Part shown: one piece after another, positions 24,767-37,719 of the stretch
How positions within the stretch are numbered: position 1 is the stretch's first letter
How the letters are laid out: each line of letters begins with the position of its first letter
Source of the DNA: Felis catus
Lineage: Eukaryota
DNA length: 64,000 nucleotides
Direction: 5' to 3'
NCBI RefSeq assembly: GCF_018350175.1
Contig: NC_058368.1
Span: 27,406,001-27,470,000, forward strand
Notes under the pieces: generated by a model
Seen by the model: the letters and a program-made list of their open reading frames with translations, nothing else
What the model was told of the DNA's origin: nothing
Databases searched by the model: none
Translations under genes and position numbers: made by a program

Positions 24767-25988
24767 AGGAAGGGTGTTAGCAAGCCCCTATTCCAGCATT
24801 ACTTCCTGCTTGGAAGAAATGGAGAGGTCCAGTCACTGCGCTAAGCACCCCACCACCATTCTTTCACCTCTGCTGCCCCAGGCTCCCAGTTTCTGGTCCT
24901 CAGGTCCTCACTCCATCTCCCCCTACGTCCCCGCATTCTGAGAAACTTGTCCTTTGCATTCCTTTGTATCCGTCTCCCATCCCCCTGAAAAGTGAGTTGA
25001 GGCACAGGGGTTATTTTCCCCCACCAGGTTAACTAAGTGTTCGTTCCTTTTTTCTTCTGACATCGCAGTTGAAACTAATGTGAGCACCTAAGACCAGTCT
25101 CTCAGGGCTAACACAGTACTTCATATCCGACAACTATCTGAATAAACGAGTGAAGAAAAGAACAAATTGTTGGGTCACCGCACACAATTTATTCCGTGAC
25201 GGAAAACTCTCAGCCAGCTTCCCTGCGTCCTAATCTCTGCTGCTTTTCCCTACACATGCCCAAACAAGTAATAATCCTCTCTCCCTGACTGAATGGAACT
25301 GGCTTTCTGAGAAGTCTGTGTTGAAATAGAAGGCTTCATGGAGTCCTCCTGTCTTTAGAGGTCATGCATGCTCCCTGCTCCCTGATCTCTCGGGTCCCAG
25401 GGAACTTGCTGGCCCATCATCTCCTCTAGTGCAGCCAGTGAGGCTCCCTCGGGGCTCCCAGAGAATGTCCGCTCGGGGAGTGAGTGCAGAGTTTCCATCC
25501 TGCTGACTGGGTGTGTGTGTGGTCACAAATGTTTCCGTGCACACCACACCCTTCTACCGCCAGAATGCTCTAACGGCTTTTAGTGGGCCCTAGGAAACGA
25601 TATTCTTATTTATTCATTCCATGCTTATCAAGGAACCAGGGATCAGAAACCACAGGGAAGAGGCCTCCAAAGCAGGCAGTACAGTGCTTAAAATTGCTTT
25701 CTAATGCTTTTTCCTCATATTGAGAGTGACATTATGTGACAAATTGAGACTGAAAGGACAACAGGGAACATGCCCACCTCGCTCTTTAGTGGAAAGACCC
25801 TAAACTATGTCAGGAAATAAAGGACAATTTTCTAAGCAGCTCTGCCACTCCCTTCCTGCTGCTGTTCCTTCCAGTGTTTGTAGTCTACCAAGACTTTCCG
25901 CACAACTCAGCCCCCGTAAGTTTGATAGGACGTAAATGGAAAACTGTGCCTTTCACATATACCTGGAACATGTACAAAAAATAATCTT

Positions 25989-26199
25989 TTTTTTTTCAAT
26001 GTTTATTTATTTTTGGGACAGAGAGAGACAGAGCATGAACGGGGGAGGGGCAGAGAGAGAGGGAGACACAGAATCTGAAACAGGCTCCAAGCTCTGAGCC
26101 ATCAGCCCAGAGCCCGACGCGGGGCTCGAACTCACGGACCGCGAGATCATGACCTGGCTGAAGTCGGACACTTAACCTACTGTGCCACCCAGGCGCCCC
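25989..26199 (-). mobile_element. Can-SINE, young SINEC_Fc type
   Basis: Perfect 16-bp TSD tacaaaaaataatctt (25973-25988 / 26200-26215). Confidence 0.95.
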
Positions 26200-26219
26200 T
26201 ACAAAAAATAATCTTATGC

Positions 26220-27291
26220 TACATCTTAAAGCAAATCTCTGCAAATTTCGAAGGAGCACTCTCGCATCTTCTGACCAAAGCACAATTGTTAAGGAATCCG
26301 TGTCACTAAAGATAACTAAAATAAGTCTTATGCATTTGGAAATTTCAAGGCACACATCTAAACCCACAAATCCAATGAAATCAGAAATGTAATTTTAAAA
26401 TACCCACAAGTAATTGATAGTTAAATTACAACATAGCAACAACTTCTGGGATGCAGCTAAAACAGAACCTAGAGGAAAATTAAAATTTTTATTATTTTTT
26501 TAATGTGTATTTATTTTTGAGAGAGAGAAAGAGAGAGAGCATGAGAGGGGGGAGGGGCAGAGAGAGAGGGAGACAGAATCCGAAGCAGACTCCAGGCTCT
26601 GAGCTGTCAGCACAGAGCCTGATATGGGGCTCAAACTCAAGAACTGTGAGATCAGACCTGAGCTGAAGTCGGACACTTAACCGACTGAGCCACCCGGGAA
26701 CCCACACTTTAAATGTATGTTTTGACAAGAAAGAAAAGTAGAAACAGGAGTAAGCATCCAACTCTTACTAAAAAATATAAACACAAAGAAGGATGATAAA
26801 AATATAGAAATGACTAAAATAGCAAACAGCCATACAATAGAGAAGATCAACAAAGCTAAATGCTGTTTATTTGAAAAGACTAATAAAAATGGAAAACCTT
26901 TGGTAACAGTGATTGCAAAAAAAGAGAGAGAGAGAGAGAGAAGGACCAGATAAACAATACTAAAAATTAAAATGAGGTATAACTGCATATGTGGCAGATT
27001 AAAGAGATGTGAGAAAATCAGAAATGATAAAATTTTAAACTGAAGTGATATAAATTCCAGGAGGAAAAAACATACCTTATCAAAATTAAATCGGGAAAAA
27101 ATGAAAGCCTGAACCATATCAGTAAAAATCATTAAAATCTTAACATTAAAGCAACAGACCCAAAATGGCTTTAGGGTCAAGTTCTACCAAACACTCTCTT
27201 TTATAAACTTCTTCAGAAAATAGAAAAGAAGGAAACACATCGCAACTAATTCATAAGGCAAAGGTACTTGATACCAAAAAGGGGCAAGGAT

Positions 27292-27325
<34 letters not shown>

Positions 27326-27620
27326 GCAGGGGGAGGAGGTTATAAGTCAGTCTCACTTAGGAACATAGATTTAAAATTCTTTTTAAAAAGCTAACTTAAT
27401 CTGGTATTTTATAAACCACCCTATTGGATTTATCCCAGGAATTCAAGGTTAGTTCAACATTACAGAAAGCCATTAACGCAACATATCTCATTAACAGGAT
27501 TAAACTAGAATAATCAGTCTAATAGCTACAGAATATCCACCCGTGATTTACAACTAAAATAGCCAAAGGGAAAAGGAAGGTTTTAACAACTTGCATTAAA
27601 AGAGAACGTTCTTATCTGGT
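26220..27620 (+). mobile_element. Old degenerate L1 ORF2 fragment (L1M-type), interrupted by a SINE
   Basis: A-rich, with recognisable ORF2 motifs: ctgggatgcagctaaa, aatagagaagatcaacaaagctaaa...tttgaaaagactaataaaa, ttctaccaaaca, ggatttatcccaggaattcaaggttagttcaacat. Confidence 0.8.
26485..26703 (-). mobile_element. Can-SINE within old L1
   Basis: poly-T, (GA) tract, body ending actgagccacccgggaaccc. Confidence 0.92.
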
Positions 27621-29711
27621 TGAGGATCATCCACAGTGAACTCAGTGGCAAAACAAGTGATTATTTTTTAACTCTCCCAGAGTAATCCTGACACGATCTT
27701 TTTTCATCTTGACAAAATTACTTGGACTAGAAAGGAACTGCTTTGTGTGACTTGCTTTCTATCATAATTTACATTTTCAAATTGTCGTCTGGAAGCAAAA
27801 ATGGTTACTGCACAAAGTCTGCCAGCAGACCCTAAAAATGTGGTTTCCCTATTCTTTCCTTTTGAAAAATTAAAAGTCATTAACACTAACCTGGGCGTTA
27901 TCCCATGTTTCTAGAATGCACGCTTAACTAGCCATTTATCATGGATGATGATCTTTTCTGTGGCATCATTGTCAGGAGGGGTCGTCTAGCTGACTTCAGC
28001 AAAACCTGGGATTGAAATTGTCATTAAAGGTACATGGGTAGACTTCCTTCCACCCGTAATCTTAAAGCGCATGCAGTCACTGGTCTTGAATGAGGGGATT
28101 GCTAAGGCTGGAGAAACACTTCACAGGGTAGATCGATATTAAGTATAAAGCCACAGCTCTAATTTCTGTTAATTTTTATACCTTGGGAGCCTTTTTTGCT
28201 GTTATCATTCATGGCCATGCTGACACCATTTATTGTAAAGGGTCTCAGTAATTCCGCTCACTTCTTTAATGCTTCCTATATTTAATGTTTCCAGAGCAGA
28301 GAAGATTGGTTTAAAATGGTAATTTTTCTGTCTGCACTTTTGAGGTCTATGCAAGATGGCTGGTGTCGCATTTTATTTTACCAGATAGAATTCAGCCCAG
28401 GTATTAAGAGTAGGGGGCGTCCTTCACAGTGACAGTATTTGCTGAGGCTTTTTATTGTTGCTGCTGCTGCTGTTGTTTTTCCCTTAAAGATGGTCTGCGG
28501 TTCAGAGACAGAGAAAACCTGAGATAGTCCAGGGGCTGAGTAGCTGTCATAGGGTCCACCTGCGGTGGTTAAAGCCCCTGAGGGAACCTGCTCTTCCCTG
28601 TGCCTGCAGCTGTCTACCTTGGGCTTGGCCCTGGAAATAGGGAACAGGGAAAACTTGGAGATCTCCGAAGGTTCTAGTTACAATGAGACTCCTAACACAT
28701 GGGCTTCCAGACCAGATTCAGTGTATTGAAATAACTTGGAGACTTTGGGGGGAGGAAGCCGCCTTCCCCGCCTCACACCTCTTCTGTCATAGATGAATAT
28801 GCCTTTTTATTTGCAGATCTTGTCCCAGTGGCTTCTGAAGATCCCAAGTGCTAAGTTCAAGGGCTATCCCTCCTTCTCATCCTGCCCCTAGATGTCCTAG
28901 TCTCCTACTATAAAGAAATGATAACTTGTGTTAACAAGGAAGACATGGGAAAGTTGCAATCATTGAATTAGCTTCCCTCAAGTTCAGTGGTTAATCGGGG
29001 TGGTAAGTCATAGAGGCGGTGAAGGCCTTCTAGACCCACAGCAGAGAAAGTTTCCCATCCTTAGGCGTCTAGCGCTGATACAGGGATAGAACTCGCAGCC
29101 ATGTTCTCTCACTTCATTTTTCTGCAGAACATGCTAGATCGTTACAACTTTCTCACCATTATGATTCAAGTTAAAGCTCTCAAGACCCCAACACACGTTC
29201 TTATCCCATAACCATTAAGTCCAAAGCTGCTTTCCTAAAACTGCCATCGAGGAGGTCAGTGATGATGGTAATACCTGATGTTAATGCATCTAGAATGAGC
29301 ATGGCTTGGCTTCCCAGGAGCTAAACTGAATGAGGCCCAGATCACTTTGGATAAGCCACCTCCAAAGATGGGCACAGGACTTTGGTCAAAAGTCACCCAT
29401 AAAGGGTTTTCTAGCCATAAGCTCTGACCATGACTCGGTTATAAACCCTGCAAAGAAGGAACAAATCTCTATTGGCCTTTAGAGCACGGTGCAAGACCCA
29501 GCTGTTCAATCAAGTTCTTGTTTGAAGTGAATGGGCCAATCTGGCAGGAAAGCATGCTAATATTTTAAATTTCTACATTAACAGCTGTACATGTGCCCAG
29601 AGACTGGGGTGATGACCACCTCATATAACTGGAAAAAAAAAAAAAGTGATAGGCATAAATAAAATCCCAGCAAATTGGATTATCATTTGCAGTGGAATTG
29701 CCAGCAAAGGC

Positions 29712-29850
29712 AATGGAGAGAATATCACTGACATATACTCCTACTTCAGCAAAGCATTTGATGCCTTCTCTTGTGAATTGCATGAATGGTGTTAATTCGA
29801 GTTGGCTGGCCCTGCATTTTGAAAATTGGCTGAAGGTGGGTAACCAGCCT
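29712..29850 (+). mobile_element. CR1/L3 LINE reverse-transcriptase fossil
   Basis: Translates NGENITDIYSYFSKAFDAFS and, in another frame, FENWLKVGNQ. Compare CR1 RT motifs D..YLDFSKAFD and WI.NWL..R.Q. Confidence 0.65.
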
Positions 29851-31141
29851 GGCCGGGGTGGGGCTGAACCACAGCCCTTTCTCTTAGAATACTAATCCCC
29901 AGAACGGCCCGCCCAGTCCACTCACAGTAAGCTAAAAGTCACTTGACCTTGCTGGGTCTTAGCGTCTCCACTCTTGCAAAGAAGATAAGAATAGCACTTT
30001 GATTTAACTTGGCGCCCTTTGCCATTCAAGGAGCCTCACATACTTAATGGATGTTCTTTAGTTCCACAGTACCCCACTGGTGAGTATGGTTATCTTTAAC
30101 ATGTGAAGAAAGTGAAAACCAGAAAGCTGAAATGAGCCTGCAAATTACACTATGAAAAAAGAAAAATCATTTGAAGAAAGGAAAATGGGTTTCAGGGCCT
30201 GCCAAACCACTTTCGCCTCGGCTTTTCCTGTATTCAGTATTCAAGAAATTAATTGATGCGTTGTTTTTCAAATCATAAATTATTCCTCATGCCACAGTTG
30301 TGAGAGAAAAGAGGAGACCAGAAGCAGTAAAGTGTTTTGCAGGCCACACAGCAAGTCAGCAAGAAAGCTAACCATGCTAGCCTTTGAAATGCTAACTAGT
30401 GGCTTATTTTTTGCCTTTTCACCAGTATTTGGAAATATGCATGTTTGTTTTTCATACTAATGTTGCTTTATCAGGATATAAGGTATTATGACCAGTAACC
30501 TCTTTGGATTAGAAAACTAAAAAGTATCTGTTTTTAATACAAGTCCCTCCTAGGAGGATATTCAAGTGAAAGAAATGGTCTCTAAAACCACCTCTGACAA
30601 AACCTGTCCTTCCCACCACCCCCTCACCCCCCAAACCCAGCAGGCCAGGGTCATGATCTCCCTCTCCTGCCCAGGCGCTGGGCTGCCTGCCGGGGTGGGG
30701 GGGAGACTAGTATAATTTGACACTCAGAGAAGATCCTTTCCTAAACATCCTCCTCTAAATGACAAAATTATTTTCAGTAGTAATCATAACATAAAGTGAA
30801 TAATAACAACCAGGAAGGAAACACAGACAGTGACATTCCTGTTGATTTTCACATATAATTATGCCTGTAAAAAAAAAAACCCAAAAATTAAAATGGTGCA
30901 GTGTAAGGGGAAAAAAATCACAACCATCTAGTCAGTAGGTTGTTGGTTTGTTTTAATCTAACAGTTTGAACTTGGATTACGGTACAGACAATAGTATGTA
31001 AATAATTGTCCAGTAAATAAGTGAGTTTTAATAAAACCAAATGAAAAAGGTATAGTTCAGGAAACTATTAGTTGTACCACTGATGTAATATTTTCTTTGT
31101 CCTTTAGTTTTAAAGCAAACAATTTAAAAATAATGCATTTC

Positions 31142-31314
31142 AGGGCACGTGGGTGGCTCAGTTGGTTAAGCGTCCAACTCTTGATTTTGGCCCAGGTCAT
31201 GATCTCATGATTCCTGAGATCAAGCCCCCTATCCAGCTCTGTGTTTACAGTGGTGGGGCCTGCTTGGGATTGTCTCTCTCCCTCTCTCTCTGACCCTCCC
31301 CCCACTCACACTCA

Positions 31315-31363
<49 letters not shown>

Positions 31364-31416
31364 CTCTCTCAAAAATAAATGAAAAAAGAAATACAATAAA
31401 AAGAAATACAATAAAA
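31142..31416 (+). mobile_element. Can-SINE, older subfamily
   Basis: Head, long (CT)n, tail with a duplicated aaaaagaaatacaat unit, degenerate TSD aatgc(a/t)tttca. Confidence 0.9.
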
Positions 31417-32846
31417 AGAATGCTTTTCAATTTCTAAAACACTGAAAATTCAGTAAGAATACTTAACATAGGACCTAAAGGTTGCAGTTTAGTGCAAAAA
31501 TAAATACCACTCATGGTTCTCACCGTGTTTTACAGCTTAAATTTTAAACATAAAAATTCTTTCCTGGATCCGGTACAATGAACTGAAGTAGTTCAGGTCC
31601 TACCTGTTAGTCTTTGTAATAGCCTGTGCTACCTCTGTTGATTTCAGATCTACTGTATCAATGTAGGGATGCCTGTACCCCTAATGGGATTGGAGACACT
31701 GTGTCCAGAACAGGCTCAATAGATTCTGAAGCCAGTGTGTGGCGCAGAGACCCCGCTGTGAGGTGGGGGGAGGGCAGGGAGGGTTGGGAGTGGGAGCAGA
31801 AACTGGACATTTTCCAATTTAGACTCTGCACAGAGTACGTTTGTTAAAGGCTGAGTAGTGAAAATGTGCTCATTTGAAGATTTCATACATACTAAATCCT
31901 AACAATAACTGTAGCAATTTTAGGACAACAAAGGAGTTTTTGTCAGAAAGGAGTATTTTATCATTGATTTCTATGTAGAATTGCTGGGCCACAGTGATAA
32001 TAAATGGATGGACCTTTAGGTCGTTTTTTTATTGTTACATTTTGTACAGTTGCACCTGTTTATTTCCTACACTGAGATACACGGCTCCCGGCGCTCGGCC
32101 CTTGATAGCCCCCCCCACCGCCGCCTGCGGACTTAGGCCCCCAAATCCGCATGTCTGTGTTTCCCTGTGTTTCCCCACCTCTTGGTCACTCTTGAAGCCT
32201 TAATATTTATCACTCCTGCTTCCCTTTGGAAATTTTGCAAATTTCTCACGAATCTGTGGACTTTTCTCTTTCTCTACAGCAAGGGAAATCCCAGCATCAT
32301 GGGCCAGCCCCTGGGAACCCGGAAACACCCCTGCTCTCTGCGGTTGTGCACTTCCCCTGGTCTAGAGAATCCATGGCCTGTGCCCACGCCCTGCGAGATC
32401 TTGCTCAGATGTGTGCACACTGTGTGTCCTTCCATCAGACCCTTATTCGAAGGTTCCGAGAAAGGCCCCCTTGCCAGAGCATCCTGGCCTGGGTGGGGCG
32501 GCAGGGCGCCTCATGCCTCAGGGTCTCAGGCATCCCCTGGAGGACCCAAACCCTTGAAAACACTTGCTTTCTCACCAGCCTCCCAGGAACGGCTCAGGCT
32601 TCTAGCGTACTGATGGTCACGAGCCTGGGGTGCATGGTCTTGACCTATGAGAGAGGGCAAGCCCAGTCGGGCCTGTTTGGGCTGTTTGGTTCTCTGGCTG
32701 ACATTAGGATCTTGACAGCCAGGTCAGGGAATAGGGCAGCACTCCAGGCGTCTCTGGGCTGTAAATGACGCCTGATCCCATCACGAGCAAGAGATTGCCT
32801 TTCTGCCTAGCAATGAGAATGGCATTTAAAATTCAATATCAGAAAA

Positions 32847-32921
32847 GATATTGACGAGATTAAGGGCCTGAAGGAATTGATTTATGAGGAAAGACCCAAG
32901 GAATTAAATATGTATAGCCTG
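32847..32921 (+). mobile_element. CR1/L3 LINE ORF2 C-terminal fossil
   Basis: Translates DIDEIKGLKELIYEERPKELNMYSL. Compare CR1-type ..IKGLE.L.YEERLKEL.LFSL. Confidence 0.7.
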
Positions 32922-35900
32922 GTGTAATAGGATATTAGGCTCGGAGCACAATTTCATTTCTATGATCCAGTGTTCCTGTTATCAGTCATCTGAACGGTGG
33001 AGCTCTCTCTCCCGGAGATGTTTCTCCCCCAGGGGTCACCGTGCTGGAGGCAGAGCGGAAGGCACCGCGATTGATAAAACAGGCCACAGGCTTGGTTACC
33101 CTCGTCCCTTGCCGTAAATTGAAGACCAGTTTCATCCCCAGGTGGAGGCGGATGACATTTTAAACTAGAATAGATCTTGAGGAGTCTTACCACCTTGTGT
33201 GACAAGAAAATTCAGGCTAGTTCAATTCCATCTTTTTTTTTTTTCTTCCCAAGGAGAGAAGTGAAAGTTGTTGCTACCGGGTGGTAAATGACTGTCCTTC
33301 CCCTGAGCCAGCTTTCTCTCCTCTGTCAAGAACACTGTTAGATGTGTTTGCCTTTAGGCACAGCCTTGCTTTTTGCATTATGGTAATATGCACTTGATTT
33401 TCCCCATCTCAGACTTTCCCTAACAACCGGGGATTGGCCCGGGATTCACAGAGGTGGATGCAAAGCAGGCCCAGGTGACTTCATCAGCAGGACCTAAGGC
33501 TGACATTCCGAAGTGGTTCTGCAATGCGTGAGAACCAAAACAGGATTGAGAGGGCGGAGGGTGGCAGGCAGCCTCTCCGCTGCCGTCCAGCCCGCTGCTC
33601 CCATGCGGCGCAGTCAGTAAATTTCTATCTCCTTTGAAAAAAAAAGAGAAGTTGGAGGGTGTGGAGAGTACGGGGTGGGGGTGGGGGGGGGGAGGAGAAC
33701 AGTAAGCTGTGTTTGGGTAGCAGGAACTCACCAAGGAAGAAAGGATTAGTGCATGTATCCCGGCACCTTATGGCAGGACAAGGTGCCAGGTGTCTGGCAG
33801 AGCTGGCCGTAGGTGAGGTTCAGATCGCAGACCAAAATATACAGGGAAATCAGGTTGGAGGCAAGGGGCACTCACAGGGCGATGCTGGATACCCTCAGGC
33901 GTAGCCTAGATACGAAACCGGCTGCCCCAATTGGTCGGTCTAGACACAGTCGCGTCTACCATGGCCTTTGGAAGTCCCTGGACTTCATTTCCTTAGGCGG
34001 TGTTTGACTGGCTTCAAAAGCACATCCCACTGAGTAGGGCATCTAATGTAGAGCAAAGTTATGGAGATGGAACAACATTTATTAAAACTGAGTCGAAAGA
34101 GCAAAACCACATTTAAATTTAAATCGATGACCCTCTGTGGGTTCAAATATCTCCAGACTTTTATGCACGAATCTAACCTTCTGTAATCTGTTAGCCATAT
34201 CAAAACTTTACCTTGGTAGCACAATTATAAAATTCAAGGAAAGAAGACAAAGAAGGGGCTACGGTTTTTAACGCAGAGTTCAATCCACTGCAGAGTTCAC
34301 AGAAGCGCACACAAAAGCATGTCTGCCACCGGGCTTGCTTTTAAGTGGAAATGGCGAATGCCTAGGTAGAAGTTGCTAGGAGGATTTTAACTTTGGCATG
34401 TCCTGATTTCCATTTTAAACTGACAGTGCCGTGTGGTTGCCAGGGTAGGACCCACGGTTTAAAGCAGGAAAACTGAGACGTGCGAGTGGTAGGTCTCTCC
34501 CAGACAGTGTGGCCCTGGATACATGGCTTAACCTTTGTGTGCCTACGACTCGCCCATCTGTAAAAATGGAGATGTGACCTCACTTATTCTGGGGCTCCAA
34601 GTAACATTTGTAATGCTCTTTGAATTTGTCAGAGAGAAAGACCCATTACGCACTGAAGTCTACATCCCCAAAGAGCATTACAAATTATCCTATTAAATCA
34701 GTGGCCTGGAAATACCAAGATGTGTCAGGTGCGGCCTGTATTTACCTGTTATTGTCTGCCAGAGTATTTGCACTTGATTGGCATATGGATAATTGTCTAA
34801 TTGGAACACCCTCCATTGTAACCACCAAAAATTGGAATAGTGCATCTGCTTAATGTCATACTGTCCAATGTTGAATTAAAACTATGCTGTAGCTCAGCCA
34901 GTCCAACCGAGAGACTCTTCTGATTAAGTTCTAGCTGCCTGCGAACTTCTGTAATTGAGGCACGTTAGTACTTGAACATCCTAACTAGAAAGGATATGAT
35001 ACGGTCTCATAAATTTCAAGTGAAAAAGAACCAGGAAGGCTGACTTAAATTATCTAATTGTGGACCATCTCACCACTGCTTTGAATACATAAATATTAGG
35101 CTCATGAGTGTATGCTTTGTAAACAAAAGAAAGCATTCATCTTGAAGAATGCAGAAAACAGCCTTGGGATGTTGATTGTATTTTTCCTCCGGTGGTGGTT
35201 TTGTTCTGTTTCTGGTGGAACATGGGGAAGAAGTTATAGAATTATACATTCATTGAGTAGATTCCCTTAGCCTTTTAAGAAATAGTCCCCATTAGATGAA
35301 GAAGGCTATCTGGAACCGCCAGAGTAATGAATCAAAATGTCTTAAAATGTCTTAAATCGAGCTGTTCTTTTCCTCTGAAAGTTCCATATATCCATATGTC
35401 TCCATATGTCTAGAACAATAAATCACACGGTGATAGATTCTCAGGTAGTTTTTGTTATTGTGGTTGTTTTGGTTTTTGTCTATGTGTGTGCAGTTTTTGG
35501 TTTGGTTTTGTTTTACTAGATCGTGGTTTAATCCCATAGCAGTGGGGAAATCAGAGGAAGCATTCATTCATTTCTGTACTCATTCATTCATTCAGCACCT
35601 ACACTATGTGTCAGGGACGACCTGACGACTGACCCTGCCATTGGTGGGTATAGTCTCGTTGAGATACCTATGAAAGGTAATCTTTCATATGAAATGCTTT
35701 GGGAGTGTAGCAGTTCGGACAATTAACTTTGCTCGGGTGATTGAAGGAGGTCTTTACTGCAGAAGAACCCGAGGATACTGCATATGGTCCTGCAGCTTCT
35801 GCCCTGGGTAAAGGCACCAGGCCAGATGGGCAAGTGGAAATTAAATCGAGCCCCCACATCACCACCAAACTATGTGCCCTAGTGAGGAGTCTTGTCTTCC

Positions 35901-36119
35901 TATGGGATGGGGCTGTTTTCTAGTGCATAAAGTCATCCTACGGGTGGTACTCATCGAAAAACATTCTTTTCGATGTTGGCCTAAAAATGAGTAGGAGCCT
36001 GCCAAGCAGAACTCTGGGTAATGATCTTGTCACAGAGACATGAAAGGACCTCACACATCCAGGGAAGGATGAGATCAGGGCTTTGGATTTTCTCCAGTAG
36101 AGTTTGGGGAACCAAAAGT

Positions 36120-36673
36120 ATTTTTTAATTATTATTATTATTGAAGTATAGTTGACACGCAATGTTACATTAATTTCAGGCATACAGCATTTTTTTTGGT
36201 GTTGAGTTGTAGAAGTTCTTTATATATATCGGATGTTAACCCTTTGTCAAATATGTGATTTGCAAATATCTTCTCCCATTCAGTAGGTTGCTTTTTTGTT
36301 TTGTTAATGATCTCCTTCACTGTGCAAAAGTTTTTTATTTTGGTATAGTCCCAATAGTTTGTTTTTGCTTTTGTTTCTCTTGCCTTAGGAGACACATGTA
36401 GAAAAAATACTGCTATGGCTGATGCCAGAGAAATTACTGCCTACCTTTCCTTCTAGGAGTTTTATGGTGTCAGGTCTCACATTTAGGTCTCTAATTCATT
36501 TTGGGTTTATTTTTGTGTGTGGTGTAAGAAAGTGGTCCAGTTTCATTCTTTTGCATGTAGCTGTCCAGTTTTCCCAACACCATTTATTGAAGAGACTGTC
36601 TTTTCCCATTGCATATTCTTGCCTCCTTTGTTGTAGATTAATTGGCCATATATATGACCATATATATACATAC

Positions 36674-36738
<65 letters not shown>

Positions 36739-36973
36739 TTTATTTCTGGGCTCTCTGTTCCATTCCATTGATCTGTGTGTCTGTTTGTGTGTGTGTGTGT
36801 GTGCCAGTACCATTCTGTTTTGATGACTGTGGCTTTGTAGTATATCCTGAAATCTGGAATTGTGATACCTCCAGCTTTATTCTTATTTATCAAGATAGCT
36901 ATGGCTTTTTGAGGTCTTTTGTGGTCCCATACAAATTTTAGTATTATTGTTCTAGTTCTCTGAAAAAATGCTG
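36120..36973 (-). mobile_element. Carnivore L1 fragment (3' tip fused to ORF2 segment) containing (TA)n and (GT)n
   Basis: ORF track shows L1 ORF2 peptides: [68 protein letters not shown]. Confidence 0.92.
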
Positions 36974-37419
36974 AGCCAACCATATTGTTTAAGCATGGGA
37001 GCACTTTCATTTTTTAGGAGGTCAGTTCTGTGAGGAGTACAAGGTGAATGACAAGCAGATCCAGAGGAGAGGAGAGGGGCTCCCTTAACTATGACAGTGA
37101 GGCTGGGAGGGAGAAAAGGCAGAGGACCGGGCAGGGAGGTTCCCAAGGTGATAAAAGGGGAGGGGTGGACTTCAGGGTTTTAGGAATGAGGCACAGACTG
37201 TAGAGTCACCCTTGTAAGGCATAAGCACGTAAGATGTGGAGTTGAGGCCATGGGTGTGAACAGAGCACCTGGAGAAGGTACCGAGCAGGAGAAAAGAACC
37301 CGGCATGCTAGTCGGCCAGTAGAAAAGCGTCAGTGATTCAGTGACAATAGTTTGAGTGGAGTACTCTAGATGGAAGTCACAGTGTAGTAGAATGAGGTTT
37401 AAATGAGCATTAAAAGAAA

Positions 37420-37580
37420 CAGTGGCTTTTATCCCAGTTACACATTAGAATTCTCTGTTAAGGCATTTTTTTTTTTTTTACGTATCATTGCCTAGATATT
37501 CTGAGTTAATTGGTCTTCTTGAGGGCCCAAGAATCAGTCCTATTTTAATATCAGTTCCCCATATTAAGAACCACTGCCCT
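37420..37580. mobile_element. MER5-like hAT remnant
   Basis: cagtggc...cacattagaat...gatattctgagttaattggtct...gggcccaagaatcagt...ttaagaaccactg, with inverted ends cagtgg/ccactg. Confidence 0.6.
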
Positions 37581-37719
37581 TGAAGTATAAATGGACGCCT
37601 CAGCAGCCAGCAAGCATCTGATGAGAGGTTTAAAAATCACAAGGGGTTTAGAGAAGTACCCAAACATATTTTCAGTGAATAACCTTTATATGATTAGACA
37701 ACAATTAGAACTATCTGAC

